IMG/VR virus record: IMGVR_UViG_3300022868_000009
Span: 1-64,000 of that record
Reading direction: 5' to 3' (one strand)
Length of the DNA: 64,000 bases
Shown here: positions 1 to 9,797 of the stretch, one piece after another
How positions within the stretch are numbered: position 1 is the stretch's first letter
How the letters are laid out: the number at the start of each line of letters is the position of its first letter
Notes under the pieces: generated by a model
Database searches by the model: none
What the model was told of the DNA's origin: nothing
Seen by the model: the letters and a program-made list of their open reading frames with translations, nothing else
Position numbers and translations under genes: made by a program

Positions 1-236
1 AATTCTTCAGGTAATTTAGGTAATTCAGTTAATTGGTTATAATAACAATATAATCTTTTTAATCCTTTAGGTAATTCAGGTAATTTAGTTAATTGGTTAT
101 TACCACAATATAATCCTTCTAACCCTTTAGGTAATTCAGGTAATTTTTTTAAGAAAAAACCATCTAAATCTAATATTTTACCATCATCATAATCTTTAAT
201 TAATTTATTTTCATTGTATGTCTTTAAATACTTCAT
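1..236 (-). CDS. Leucine-rich repeat protein (bacterial 20-aa LRR, IpaH/SspH/YopM-like), partial; runs off the window start
   Basis: Manual translation from ATG at 236: MKYLKTYNENKLIKDYDDGKILDLDGFFLKKLPELPKGLEGLYCGNNQLTKLPELPKGLKRLYCYYNQLTELPKLPEE; paralog of the LRR gene at 20714-21253. Not in the ORF track. Confidence 0.85.
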   Translation of the reverse strand, partial: MKYLKTYNENKLIKDYDDGKILDLDGFFLKKLPELPKGLEGLYCGNNQLTKLPELPKGLKRLYCYYNQLTELPKLPEE

Positions 237-580
237 TAAATTATATTCATTTTACCAGCTTCTAAAAAAGCATTCATATCTAAATCTTCCAATTCAATAA
301 ACTCTTCAAATGAAAATTCATGAAAAATACCATTAAATCTAACTCTACTTTGATGTGATATTTCATCTTTTGTAGTATTAACAATCATCTTTTTAGGATT
401 AAAATTAACATATTTTGATTTTAAATGCTTGTATCCTATAATATCACTTGGCCAAACATAACCGTTATCAAAAAGTCTTTTTTGAACATATCTAGATTCT
501 TCTTCATTATTAACTCTAACAGCAAAAAAACATAAAATATCTGAACCAATTTCTTCTAAATATGTCTTTAAATATTTCAA
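236..580 (-). CDS. Hypothetical protein, MKYLKTY-family with C-terminal EAGKMNII motif
   Basis: 114-aa ORF (TTG start); its stop overlaps the next ATG (TAATG). Confidence 0.75.
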   Translation of the reverse strand: MKYLKTYLEEIGSDILCFFAVRVNNEEESRYVQKRLFDNGYVWPSDIIGYKHLKSKYVNFNPKKMIVNTTKDEISHQSRVRFNGIFHEFSFEEFIELEDLDMNAFLEAGKMNII

Positions 581-674
581 CTTTGTTTAATATTGTATTT
601 TACTTATATCAACTTATATATTTAATTTTCAAACTTAAATTTTTTAAATTCATATAAAAAGAAAAAGAATTAAT

Positions 675-983
675 ATGTCTACTTCAATTCCACATGGATG
701 GTATACAGATTCAACCGGAATATCTATATCAACTGGAACAACATTTACAAGTACTTACACAGATATTTATGAATCACCACCTACAACACTACAACAATTA
801 ATAGATTATTGTAATGATAGAAAATTAACTGAAAAAGATTTAGAATGGTTAGAATATAACGTACCTTTCACTATTAATATATATGAACAATTACAAAAAA
901 TTGAAAATAAATTAGATAAACCTTTTTCTGCGGTAGTTAAGCAAAAATTAAGAAAAATGAAATTGGATAGAGTTAAAGTTTAA
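675..983 (+). CDS. Hypothetical protein (S/T-rich N-terminus, RKMKLDRV C-terminus)
   Basis: 102-aa ORF with A-rich upstream region, opposite strand to its neighbours. Confidence 0.65.
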   Translation: MSTSIPHGWYTDSTGISISTGTTFTSTYTDIYESPPTTLQQLIDYCNDRKLTEKDLEWLEYNVPFTINIYEQLQKIENKLDKPFSAVVKQKLRKMKLDRVKV

Positions 984-988
984 ATATT

Positions 989-1477
989 TCATAATAACCC
1001 CAATTTTTCTCCTTCTATTTTATGTGCGTATTTTATAATAAATTTATCATAACTTAAATATTTCGCCACGTCATATATTAATTTTATAAAATCTTTTGAG
1101 TATATTTGTCCAGTATAATCTGTATAATCATTATAACTATTTATAATATTATTATAATCTGATTGATTAATTTGATTTTTATGTGTTATTAATTTACTTA
1201 ATGAAAAACCATAACCATGTTCAGCTATTCTAGACATAATTTTAATTTGTTCCAATTTTAATCTATCATCTATACTCCATGTAAATGTTTTAACATCACC
1301 AATACTGGTAATTAATTCATAATAATCTTCGAAAAGTTCTTCTTTTAATTCACGATCATGTATGTACTCTATATCTTGTTTTATGTGTTTAAAATGATGA
1401 TCATTTAAATCGTTTAATAAACCACTCAATTTTACAACTTCAGAATTTCTATCTTCATATGTCTTTAAATATTTCAT
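989..1477 (-). CDS. Hypothetical protein, MKYLKTYE / EGEKLGLL family
   Basis: 162-aa ORF carrying both terminal motifs. Confidence 0.8.
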   Translation of the reverse strand: MKYLKTYEDRNSEVVKLSGLLNDLNDHHFKHIKQDIEYIHDRELKEELFEDYYELITSIGDVKTFTWSIDDRLKLEQIKIMSRIAEHGYGFSLSKLITHKNQINQSDYNNIINSYNDYTDYTGQIYSKDFIKLIYDVAKYLSYDKFIIKYAHKIEGEKLGLL

Positions 1478-1761
1478 TACATTAAACCTAATTTACCACC
1501 CTCAACAATTGATTCAATATCACTAATATGTTCTGGGAATTTATAATTAAAATCATAATCATAATAATCTAAATTAATAAAATGAGATATGTTATAACCT
1601 AAAGATTTAACTGTCTCTTGTGCTGTACTTAGACTAAAATCATCTGAATATTGGTAATGTAATTTTCCGTTTATGTACATTGCTGCTTGATTAAAATCAT
1701 ACATAACAACAAAAATCACATCTTTATTCTCTTTATTTTCATATGTCTTTAAATATTTCAT
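1477..1761 (-). CDS. Hypothetical protein, MKYLKTYE / EGGKLGLM family
   Basis: 94-aa ORF carrying both terminal motifs; TAATG coupling to the next gene. Confidence 0.8.
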   Translation of the reverse strand: MKYLKTYENKENKDVIFVVMYDFNQAAMYINGKLHYQYSDDFSLSTAQETVKSLGYNISHFINLDYYDYDFNYKFPEHISDIESIVEGGKLGLM

Positions 1762-1787
1762 TATAATATTTTTAATATTTCACAATG

Positions 1788-3440
1788 TTATATATTAAAA
1801 TTAAATTTTAAATTACCACTATCATATATTCTATATATTTCTCTTTCTATCATTATTTCATGTTCACTCTTATTTGAATCATATCCTTCACTAACCAAAA
1901 TATCTTTTCTAAAATTAAATCTGTATCTTCTAATACCATCTATTACATAGTGATAGTTTGGTTTAGTTTCATCAACAAAATCAAATCCTAATTTATAATA
2001 TAAATTACCCTTACTCCATGATCTATCAGCATAACTTATTATCTCTTTGAATTTATAATTTTTAATAAAATATTTAAATAATTTACTAGCACCACCAACA
2101 ACACTGACATTTAATTTATTGCAAAATCTCAATAACTCATAAATACCATTTTTACTTTTACCACCCAATGGCTTTCTAGTTTTACCAAAAGTCATTAAAC
2201 TTACCAATTCATTTTCATAATATAAACCAACTTTAACAGAAGAACCAACAAATCCTTGAATATGATTTTCTTTTAAAAATTGTCTAGATTCATTAATATT
2301 AACTTCTTTCAATTCACATTTCCTAGCATATATAATATTAGATTTACTTAGCAAGTTTAATATTCTAGATTTTATTATATCTTGTTTATATTTCCAATCA
2401 TCTTCATAAATATGAATAAGTTGTATATTTTTTTCTAGACATTTAATAGTTTTTTGATAATGATAATCATTTGATTTATTTAATTCATTATGCCAATATA
2501 CACCATTAAATTCAAAAGCTAATTTTAATTCTGGTAAATAAATATCTAATTCATAAGGTTTTAAAATTGTTCTATCGGAAATTATAATTTTATTATCATA
2601 GTTTTCTTTAATAAAATCTTGCAATTGTAATTGCATACCAGAAATATTATAACTATTTACTGGATTGCATTTTGTACATAGAATAGTTTCATATTTTATC
2701 CTATTATAAAGTAATACTGAAGATATCTCAAAATCATGCCCTTTTTCACAATTGAAAATATAAATCCCATTCTTTTTTATTTCTTTAATACCAAATTCTT
2801 TATATTTTTCTAATATATTCTTATTTTTAGTAGTTTTTATTTTTTCTTTAACATTTTCTAATTGAGAAGTATGTTCAACACCATATTTTTCCAAATTATT
2901 TTTAATTGTATTTTCTTTAACTTTATCACTTTTAGAAGAAATATCTGTGCCATATTTTTCAAGACATGTTTCTCTACTCTTTCCTCTTATTTCTTCTGAT
3001 TGCATTAAATATTCAACACCGTATTTTTGTTTATTTGTCTTCTTTTGTATTTCTTGTATTTCTTTATTTTTTAAGTGATGTGTTACACCATATTTTTCAA
3101 GACATGTTTCTTTGATCTTTTCTTTAATTTCCTCTAATTGAAAAACATTGTCAACACCATATTTTTTTTGTAATGTATTTTTTGTTTTATGTTGTTTACA
3201 TTTACTACAGTAATAATTTGTTTCTCCATTCGAAGTTATCTTATTATAATCACTATAAACAATATCTTTTTCAATTTTACAATGAAAACATCTAACTTTA
3301 ATTTTTTGCCTAGATTGTAAAGGTAATTCTGAAATAAATATTTCAATTATATCACCAGATTCACAATCATAGCCTAATTCTTTGTACCTACCCACATTTT
3401 TATTTGATAATTTTATTTTAATTTTCCTGTTGACAATCAT
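1788..3440 (-). CDS. Hef-like putative homing endonuclease (Zn-ribbons, EKYGV repeats, DUF559/Vsr-like nuclease domain)
   Basis: CxxC motifs, repeated KYGV units, ELDIYLPELKLAFEFNGVYWH nuclease motif, C-terminal GGASKLFKYF...ISYADR domain; paralog of 8010-9752. Confidence 0.75.
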   Translation of the reverse strand: MIVNRKIKIKLSNKNVGRYKELGYDCESGDIIEIFISELPLQSRQKIKVRCFHCKIEKDIVYSDYNKITSNGETNYYCSKCKQHKTKNTLQKKYGVDNVFQLEEIKEKIKETCLEKYGVTHHLKNKEIQEIQKKTNKQKYGVEYLMQSEEIRGKSRETCLEKYGTDISSKSDKVKENTIKNNLEKYGVEHTSQLENVKEKIKTTKNKNILEKYKEFGIKEIKKNGIYIFNCEKGHDFEISSVLLYNRIKYETILCTKCNPVNSYNISGMQLQLQDFIKENYDNKIIISDRTILKPYELDIYLPELKLAFEFNGVYWHNELNKSNDYHYQKTIKCLEKNIQLIHIYEDDWKYKQDIIKSRILNLLSKSNIIYARKCELKEVNINESRQFLKENHIQGFVGSSVKVGLYYENELVSLMTFGKTRKPLGGKSKNGIYELLRFCNKLNVSVVGGASKLFKYFIKNYKFKEIISYADRSWSKGNLYYKLGFDFVDETKPNYHYVIDGIRRYRFNFRKDILVSEGYDSNKSEHEIMIEREIYRIYDSGNLKFNFNI

Positions 3441-3515
3441 TTTTTTATTTTTATATATTAAATTTTAATGTTAGAAATTGGATTTTTTACATAAAGATGT
3501 TATTAATATATATAC

Positions 3516-3545
3516 AAAAAAAAGAGGAGATAAACTCCTCTTTTT
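3516..3545. terminator. Intrinsic terminator downstream of the major capsid gene
   Basis: aaaaaaaagaggag-ataaa-ctcctctttttt inverted repeat with A/T tracts on both sides. Confidence 0.75.
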
Positions 3546-3565
3546 CTTTGTGGTTAAAGTATTTA

Positions 3566-5329
3566 TTAAATAAGTACTCCATTTGTGTCTGTAACCTGTA
3601 TTTCCATGAATTGTTTCCAAGGAAAAAAGCCTATGTCAGCTATGGCATATCTTGAACGAATTAACATTCTTGGTGCCCAAGTTGCCTCTGAAATTAAACT
3701 AATAGACTGAGCCATTAGATAAGGAATGAAAATCAAACCTGGTTGATCAACTGAATTCTTTCTTCCTAAAAAGACTCTGTTATCGTCCCATCTCATATAA
3801 GGATCTACATAGATAGCTATGTTACCAATATTACCCATTGGGTATAATTGACCATTTGTATTCAATTTACCTGCGTTAACTGGATTGATAGTATAACCTG
3901 CAATATCTTGAATAACTGATGCAACGTTTCCGTTAGTTACTAAATATTGAGCTGGTCCTACTCTACCATCTGTTGCGATAAAGTTTGAAGCATTATTGAT
4001 TTTAGCAATAAGTTTTCTTTGGATTGAATGAGTAGTTTCTCCTCCTGGTGCAGGACCGAATCCTGTAGCACCAATATAAGTGTCTACGTCAAAATCAAAC
4101 TTAGGAGTACCTGTTGAATCAACTGGAGTTGTTGCTGAAGCTCTGTTTTGAGCAGCTAATTCTCTAATCTTAGCAACAATTTGTTTAGAAATTGTTTGTG
4201 TAAGTTCGTTAATTAATACTGACTCAAGTTTCTGAACAATGTCCATACCTGTTGAAGCTTTAATATCTTCAATTTGAGTTCTCTTAAGAGCTGATGTAAT
4301 CTCGATATCACCTACTTGTACTGACTTAGTAAATACGTCAGGACCGATAACACCTGGATATGTGTTTTCATCTACTTCTCTTAACATTGGGTTTTTATCA
4401 TCCCATCCTGCTACGAAACCAGGAATATGATCTTCCATTAATGAAACTAGTTCAATAGATGTTGTACCAGTAAAATCATAATTTGTAGTTGTTAATAATT
4501 CAGCACCTTGTAACAATGTTGTTACTGAATCAGTACTAGAAACATCAAATGTGTTTCTTTTAGCTACAGTTGGATAAGCACCTGAAACAGGAGCACCAAT
4601 TTGTTTAAATGTACGGAACATTGGTTTACCATCTATTCTTGAAAAACCTAAAAATTCTAACCAACCTTGACGACCTTCAGTAACTGTAGGTTCAATCAAA
4701 CTTGTTGTAGCATCGAAAGTTCTGGTTTTATCTGTATCATCATAATATGTGTCAACAGTTGTTGTACCTGATATTGAGAAGAACATTCTTGATGTTAATC
4801 CACCAATTGTTTCAGTTACACTTGCTGTTGCCATATCAGCTGCAAGATCAGCTCTTAACAATGTATGTTGAGCTGCGATGTTAGTGTCTATTTTAAACAC
4901 CAATGGTCTTTCGTCTCTATCAGTACCATCTGCATTATTGTCATATTTAAAATCGACGAATAATAATTCGATACGTGGAGAAGAAGAAGGTTTAACTGCT
5001 AATAGGTCAAGACCAATTGTTTGAGCAGCAATCTTCATTGATACTGGAAGTAAGTTTTGTGCGATATCACCTGATCCATCAACTGATTGTTTCACGCCAC
5101 TGTCAGCACCATTCCATACAGCACCTGGAGTTCCCCATGGTGTTGGAGGAGCAACTGCGCCCATACCATTTAAGTTACCAAGTGTTGAATAAGAAATATT
5201 CTCATTCATTTGGTGCATTTCGGCATATTCTGCCATCCATGTTCTCTTGTCTTCATCTTCTACTCTTAGAGTATCTAGAACAGGAGCCCATTTTTTTAAC
5301 GCTTTTGATTTGTCTACTATAAAATTCAT
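3566..5329 (-). CDS. gp23: Major capsid protein (T4 gp23-like)
   Basis: KKWAPVL N-terminus, AAQTIGLDLLAVKP, FIPY, PRMLIRSRYA C-terminal motif; directly downstream of the protease/scaffold gene. Confidence 0.9.
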   Translation of the reverse strand: MNFIVDKSKALKKWAPVLDTLRVEDEDKRTWMAEYAEMHQMNENISYSTLGNLNGMGAVAPPTPWGTPGAVWNGADSGVKQSVDGSGDIAQNLLPVSMKIAAQTIGLDLLAVKPSSSPRIELLFVDFKYDNNADGTDRDERPLVFKIDTNIAAQHTLLRADLAADMATASVTETIGGLTSRMFFSISGTTTVDTYYDDTDKTRTFDATTSLIEPTVTEGRQGWLEFLGFSRIDGKPMFRTFKQIGAPVSGAYPTVAKRNTFDVSSTDSVTTLLQGAELLTTTNYDFTGTTSIELVSLMEDHIPGFVAGWDDKNPMLREVDENTYPGVIGPDVFTKSVQVGDIEITSALKRTQIEDIKASTGMDIVQKLESVLINELTQTISKQIVAKIRELAAQNRASATTPVDSTGTPKFDFDVDTYIGATGFGPAPGGETTHSIQRKLIAKINNASNFIATDGRVGPAQYLVTNGNVASVIQDIAGYTINPVNAGKLNTNGQLYPMGNIGNIAIYVDPYMRWDDNRVFLGRKNSVDQPGLIFIPYLMAQSISLISEATWAPRMLIRSRYAIADIGFFPWKQFMEIQVTDTNGVLI

Positions 5330-5351
5330 TTTTATAATTCTTTTTTTTTAT

Positions 5352-5359
5352 TATATATT
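5352..5359 (-). promoter_or_regulatory. Putative late promoter AATATATA upstream of the capsid gene
   Basis: The same octamer recurs within about 70 nt upstream of many structural and CTS-bearing genes. Confidence 0.6.
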
Positions 5360-5466
5360 TCCCTTTAAAAGTCTATTTTTTCCATTTTTGACTGTTTTTC
5401 AAGCCTTTTTTATCTGAAACCTTTGTCTTTATGAGGTTATATAAATATTATTTTTTAACGACCTAA

Positions 5467-7902
5467 TTATATATTTTTAAGTCTGTTATAGAATCTGTCT
5501 AATTGATCTTCTGATAATGTCGTATTATCAACTAGTTGGTTCTTTTGTAGAACTTGTTTAGATTCTTTAATTAATGAATAGTTTTCCATTTTTCTACTAT
5601 TCCAAAAAGCTTCCATTTTTGCAGGAGTATCTAAATTAGGATACAATTTAGCAGTTAATAGTATGCTTTTCTTTTGGTCATTTTCTAGACCTTCATATAT
5701 TGGTTGTAAATCACTAGGGATATTTTCTACCAATACATCTTCAAAAGTTTTCTTAACACTTAGAGCATCAGTCATAGCTTTAAGGACTTGATTTTCTGAA
5801 TAATACGTGCTTTCGTTTAATGCAAGTTTTACTTTTTCTCTATCTTCGTCAGTTAAAGAATGATAAGATTTTTTATTTCTCTCTGTTAAGAATTGTAAAA
5901 AATGAGGCTCGCTATTTGCAGCTACTTTACGTTTTTTAGTTTCAGTAATAAGTTTGCCAATTTGAGATTTCAATGAATCTTCATTTTCTAATATTTTATC
6001 ACCAATAATGATGATTTTACTTTCGTGTATTTGTAATTCTTCTTGATTGTCTGTTAATTTTAAAAGTACCATACCATCGTTAGGCATGTAAGCCATAACT
6101 TCACCTGGTCTATCATTAAATGTTGCAGTCATTCCAGGAACAATTTGATCACTAACTACTTCTTGTCCTTGTACACTCACAGGTGCAACACCTATACTAG
6201 TATCAACTACTGGTGGTTGTGCTTGTACATCAATTTGAGTCTGTGCTTGAACTGGTTGTCCAAATTCATCAACTTCAGCTTGAGCTTGAGCATCTTGTTG
6301 AACAAATTCTTGTCCTTGTTGAGCTTGAGCTTGAACATCTTGTACTTGTGCATCAGCGTCTAATTGTATTGGACTTTGAATTGCATCAGTTGTTTGTGCT
6401 TGAGTTTGATTTTGATTTTGAACAAAATCAGTATCAGTATCATTATCATAAAATCTTTCTACATTTTGAACTTTCATATTAGGCATTTGAGCACCTTGAT
6501 TTTCGTTCAGTTCACCACTATTTAAATGTTCAACAGTTTGGTCTAAAGATTCTGCAAGATAATTTTGATATGCTTGAGTATCAGCAACATTTTCTGCAAT
6601 ATATTCACTATAAGCGATATTGTTATCTACATGTTCTGCAATATATTCACTATAAGCGATATTGTTATCTACATGTTCTGCTACATACTCAGTATAAGCG
6701 ATATTGTTATCTACATGTTCTGCAATATATTCTGCATATTCAATATTGTTATCTACATGTTCTGCAATATATTCTGCATAAGCAATATTTTTATCAAGAT
6801 TTTCTGCTACATATTCTGAATAGTCGATAGATTTTTCAATTGATTCAGCTAAATAATCTGAAAATTGAATATTCTTATCAACGTTCTCAGCGATATACTC
6901 AGAAAAGTCGATATTTTTGTCTAATGTTTCAGCGATGTATTCACTGTAATCAATAGTTTTGTCTAATTCTTCAGCAATGTATTCTGAATAGTTGATAGAC
7001 TTTTCTAATTCTTCTGCTAAATAGTCATTGTGTTTAACAAGACCTTCTGTTTTAGCTTTCAATGTTGAGTTTTCATTAACTACATGTTGAATCTGATCAG
7101 CTAAATAATCTAAATAGCCTGTTACAGAAATTTGTTGTTCGTTTAAATTTTCTAGAAGTTCAGCCATTTTCATCATTCTCTCAGGTTCTACTCCACCTTT
7201 GGCATTTTCTTCAAAGAAACGTTGAACTGATTCAATTTGTTCAGTTAAATAATTTGAATACTCAATCATTTGATTTTTTGTTACAAATTCGTTGTTGTTA
7301 TTCATTTCTAAGAAATCATTAAATTTTGACGAATCTGATAAGTCATAAATACGAAAGTTTGAACTTTCATTAAAACCTAAAGACTCGTTGAGTGATTTTA
7401 ATTCCATTTTTGCAGAACTAAAACCTGGATCTGCAACGGCATCATATGTAAAAAGTTTCTTTATAGCCACCGTACCATTACTTTCAGTAATACCAGCCGC
7501 TCTAGAGCTAACAAAAATAGGGCAATTGTCATCGACTAATGCTTTAGCCTCTTTGCCCCAATGTGTATTAAGTAACCTAATTGTACCTTCTACTCTATTC
7601 GCTTGTGGATTATGAAAAATTGATTCCAATGTATGTGAAACTCTTGCAAGTGATGTATCGAACACGTCAGGATGATCGAATTCACCATATATGACACCTA
7701 AGTTTTTTTTACGTTCATTAAGTTCGCCTAAATGCGGTAAAAACTTATCAGAAGTATAAATTCTTTCATTACGATTAACTACATCAAATTCGGTAAAAAT
7801 ACCTCCTAAAATATATTCTTTCTTTTGAGAACTTTGCTCCTGAATGAGTTTTAAACCATCAGTCGAATTTTCAATGATCAAAACCGGTTTGTTTCCATTC
7901 AT
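5467..7902 (-). CDS. gp21: Prohead core protease (gp21-like) fused to a scaffold/core domain
   Basis: N-terminal GEFDHPD and FVSSRAAG catalytic motifs, YDAVADPGFSSA; followed by acidic 14-aa repeats, a Q-rich linker and a helical C-terminus. Confidence 0.9.
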   Translation of the reverse strand: MNGNKPVLIIENSTDGLKLIQEQSSQKKEYILGGIFTEFDVVNRNERIYTSDKFLPHLGELNERKKNLGVIYGEFDHPDVFDTSLARVSHTLESIFHNPQANRVEGTIRLLNTHWGKEAKALVDDNCPIFVSSRAAGITESNGTVAIKKLFTYDAVADPGFSSAKMELKSLNESLGFNESSNFRIYDLSDSSKFNDFLEMNNNNEFVTKNQMIEYSNYLTEQIESVQRFFEENAKGGVEPERMMKMAELLENLNEQQISVTGYLDYLADQIQHVVNENSTLKAKTEGLVKHNDYLAEELEKSINYSEYIAEELDKTIDYSEYIAETLDKNIDFSEYIAENVDKNIQFSDYLAESIEKSIDYSEYVAENLDKNIAYAEYIAEHVDNNIEYAEYIAEHVDNNIAYTEYVAEHVDNNIAYSEYIAEHVDNNIAYSEYIAENVADTQAYQNYLAESLDQTVEHLNSGELNENQGAQMPNMKVQNVERFYDNDTDTDFVQNQNQTQAQTTDAIQSPIQLDADAQVQDVQAQAQQGQEFVQQDAQAQAEVDEFGQPVQAQTQIDVQAQPPVVDTSIGVAPVSVQGQEVVSDQIVPGMTATFNDRPGEVMAYMPNDGMVLLKLTDNQEELQIHESKIIIIGDKILENEDSLKSQIGKLITETKKRKVAANSEPHFLQFLTERNKKSYHSLTDEDREKVKLALNESTYYSENQVLKAMTDALSVKKTFEDVLVENIPSDLQPIYEGLENDQKKSILLTAKLYPNLDTPAKMEAFWNSRKMENYSLIKESKQVLQKNQLVDNTTLSEDQLDRFYNRLKNI
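6541..7032 (-). repeat. About 12 tandem 42-bp (14-aa) repeats, consensus EYIAEHVDNNIAYS
   Basis: Visible directly in protein and DNA (e.g. gcaatatattcactataagcgatattgttatctacatgttct repeated). Confidence 0.9.
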
Positions 7903-7921
7903 AAGATTTTTCTTTTTTTAC

Positions 7922-7929
7922 TATATATT
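7922..7929 (-). promoter_or_regulatory. Putative late promoter AATATATA upstream of the protease-scaffold gene
   Basis: Recurrent octamer about 20 nt upstream of the start codon. Confidence 0.6.
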
Positions 7930-8009
7930 CAATCAAAATAACCTGTTTTTTCCATTTTTGGTGTCATTTATGGTCACATTTTTAAATATATAAATTAAAA
8001 ATATAATTC

Positions 8010-9752
8010 ATGTTTTTGACAAAAAAATTAGCAGTTACAATAAACCCTTCAAATATCAAACATTTTAAAAAATATTTTGATAATATAGAAGTTAAAGATG
8101 AAATCGTTGTCAACATTGATCAATTAAATAAAGGTAGTCAGTTCATAATTAATGTTCAATGTGATCAATGTGGTCTTAAAAAAGAACTCAAATACAAAAA
8201 TTATTTAGGTTATGGTTACATTAATGGTGATTATTTATGTAGATCATGTAAATTAAAGAAAAATAATCAAGAAAAATATGGGGTTGACAACGTTTTTCAG
8301 CTTGAGGAGACAAAAGAAAAATCTAGAAAAACATGCATGAAAAAATATGGTGTTGAATACATTTCCCAATCAAATAAAACAAAAGATAAAATAAAACAAA
8401 TAAGCATAGAAAAATATGGTGTTAATCATTTTACACAAAATGATAATATTAAAAACAAACAAAAGCAAACAAATTTAGAAAAATATGGTGTAGAAAATCC
8501 ATCACAATCCATTGAAATTAAGAAAAAGAAAGAAAATAATTGGTTAATTAAAAATGATGAAGAGAAGGAATCAATTCTTAAAAAAAGAATTAAAACGAAT
8601 CAAATTAAATATAATTCTGATCATATTTTCACAAATGATTTTTTTAAAGAAAGAATAAAACAAACGAATTTAGAAAAATATGGTGTAGAAAACCCATCAT
8701 TAAACAAGAAAGTATCACAAAAAATAATATCTTCTTTAAAAGAAACACTTTTATCTAAACAATTTGAAAACATTGATAATTTAATAAATGTTCAAGGAGA
8801 TATTTTTTTAATTAAATGTGATGCATGTGGTGATGAATTTAAAATATTAAATAGTCTTTTTTATAAAAGAAGAGAATCAAACACATTAATTTGTACAAAT
8901 TGTAACCCTGTGTCTAAAAATGTATCTGGCAAAGAAATACAATTGTTGAATTTTATTAAAGACAATTACAATGGGACAATTATTGAAAACAGCAAAAAAA
9001 TAATATCACCACTAGAATTAGATATTTATCTTCCAGATTTAAATTTAGCATTTGAATTCAATGGTATCTATTGGCATTGTGAATTATACAAAGATAATAA
9101 CTATCATTCAAACAAGACTAAAATGTGCAATAATAAAAATATAAATCTTTTTCACATCTTTGAAGATGATTGGGTTTATAAACAAGATATAGTAAAATCT
9201 ATGATTATTAACAAAATAAATAGAACAACAAATAGAATATATGCACGAAAAACAACATTAAAAATAATAACAAATAATACATTAATTAAAGAATTTTTAA
9301 ATAGTAATCATATACAAGGTTATGTTGGTTCTTTTATTAAACTGGGATTATTTTATAATGATGATATTGTAAGTTTAATGACATTTAAAAATGTTAAAGA
9401 TGGTTATGAATTAAACAGGTTTTGTAATAAATTAAACACAAATGTAATTGGTGGTGCAAGTAAATTATTTAAATATTTTACAAAAAATTACTCATTTGAT
9501 AAGATAATATCATTCTCGAATAATGATTACTCAGAAGGAAATCTATATAAAACACTAAATTTTAGATTAGATAAAAAAATAAAACCGGATTATTCTTACA
9601 TTAAGAATGATAAAAGGGAACATAAATTTAATTTCAGGAAGAAAAAATTATCTCAAAATTTCAACATTTTAAATAAAACAGAACATGAAATATGTTTTGA
9701 AAATAATATTTATAGAATATATGACAGCGGCAAATTAAAATGGGTTTATTAA
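8010..9752 (+). CDS. Hef-like putative homing endonuclease
   Basis: Same architecture as 1788-3440 (EKYGV repeats, ELDIYLPDLNLAFEFNGIYWH, GGASKLFKYF); lies between the portal and protease genes on the opposite strand. Confidence 0.75.
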   Translation: MFLTKKLAVTINPSNIKHFKKYFDNIEVKDEIVVNIDQLNKGSQFIINVQCDQCGLKKELKYKNYLGYGYINGDYLCRSCKLKKNNQEKYGVDNVFQLEETKEKSRKTCMKKYGVEYISQSNKTKDKIKQISIEKYGVNHFTQNDNIKNKQKQTNLEKYGVENPSQSIEIKKKKENNWLIKNDEEKESILKKRIKTNQIKYNSDHIFTNDFFKERIKQTNLEKYGVENPSLNKKVSQKIISSLKETLLSKQFENIDNLINVQGDIFLIKCDACGDEFKILNSLFYKRRESNTLICTNCNPVSKNVSGKEIQLLNFIKDNYNGTIIENSKKIISPLELDIYLPDLNLAFEFNGIYWHCELYKDNNYHSNKTKMCNNKNINLFHIFEDDWVYKQDIVKSMIINKINRTTNRIYARKTTLKIITNNTLIKEFLNSNHIQGYVGSFIKLGLFYNDDIVSLMTFKNVKDGYELNRFCNKLNTNVIGGASKLFKYFTKNYSFDKIISFSNNDYSEGNLYKTLNFRLDKKIKPDYSYIKNDKREHKFNFRKKKLSQNFNILNKTEHEICFENNIYRIYDSGKLKWVY

Positions 9753-9757
9753 TATAA

Positions 9758-9792
9758 ACAAAAAACTTCGATAAAAATCGAAGTTTTTGTTT
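9758..9792. terminator. Bidirectional terminator between the convergent Hef and portal genes
   Basis: acaaaaaacttcga-taaaaa-tcgaagtttttgt. Confidence 0.7.
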
Positions 9793-9797
9793 CTATA

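Noticed and set aside
6541-7032. Possible CRISPR array
   Set aside because: The 42-bp units are in-frame coding repeats with no unique spacers; no cas genes
5017-7615. Plus-strand ORFs 5017-5322, 6145-6363, 6213-6482, 6565-6819, 6570-6830, 7388-7615
   Set aside because: Antisense shadows of gp23 and the protease-scaffold; their periodicity only mirrors the 42-bp repeat
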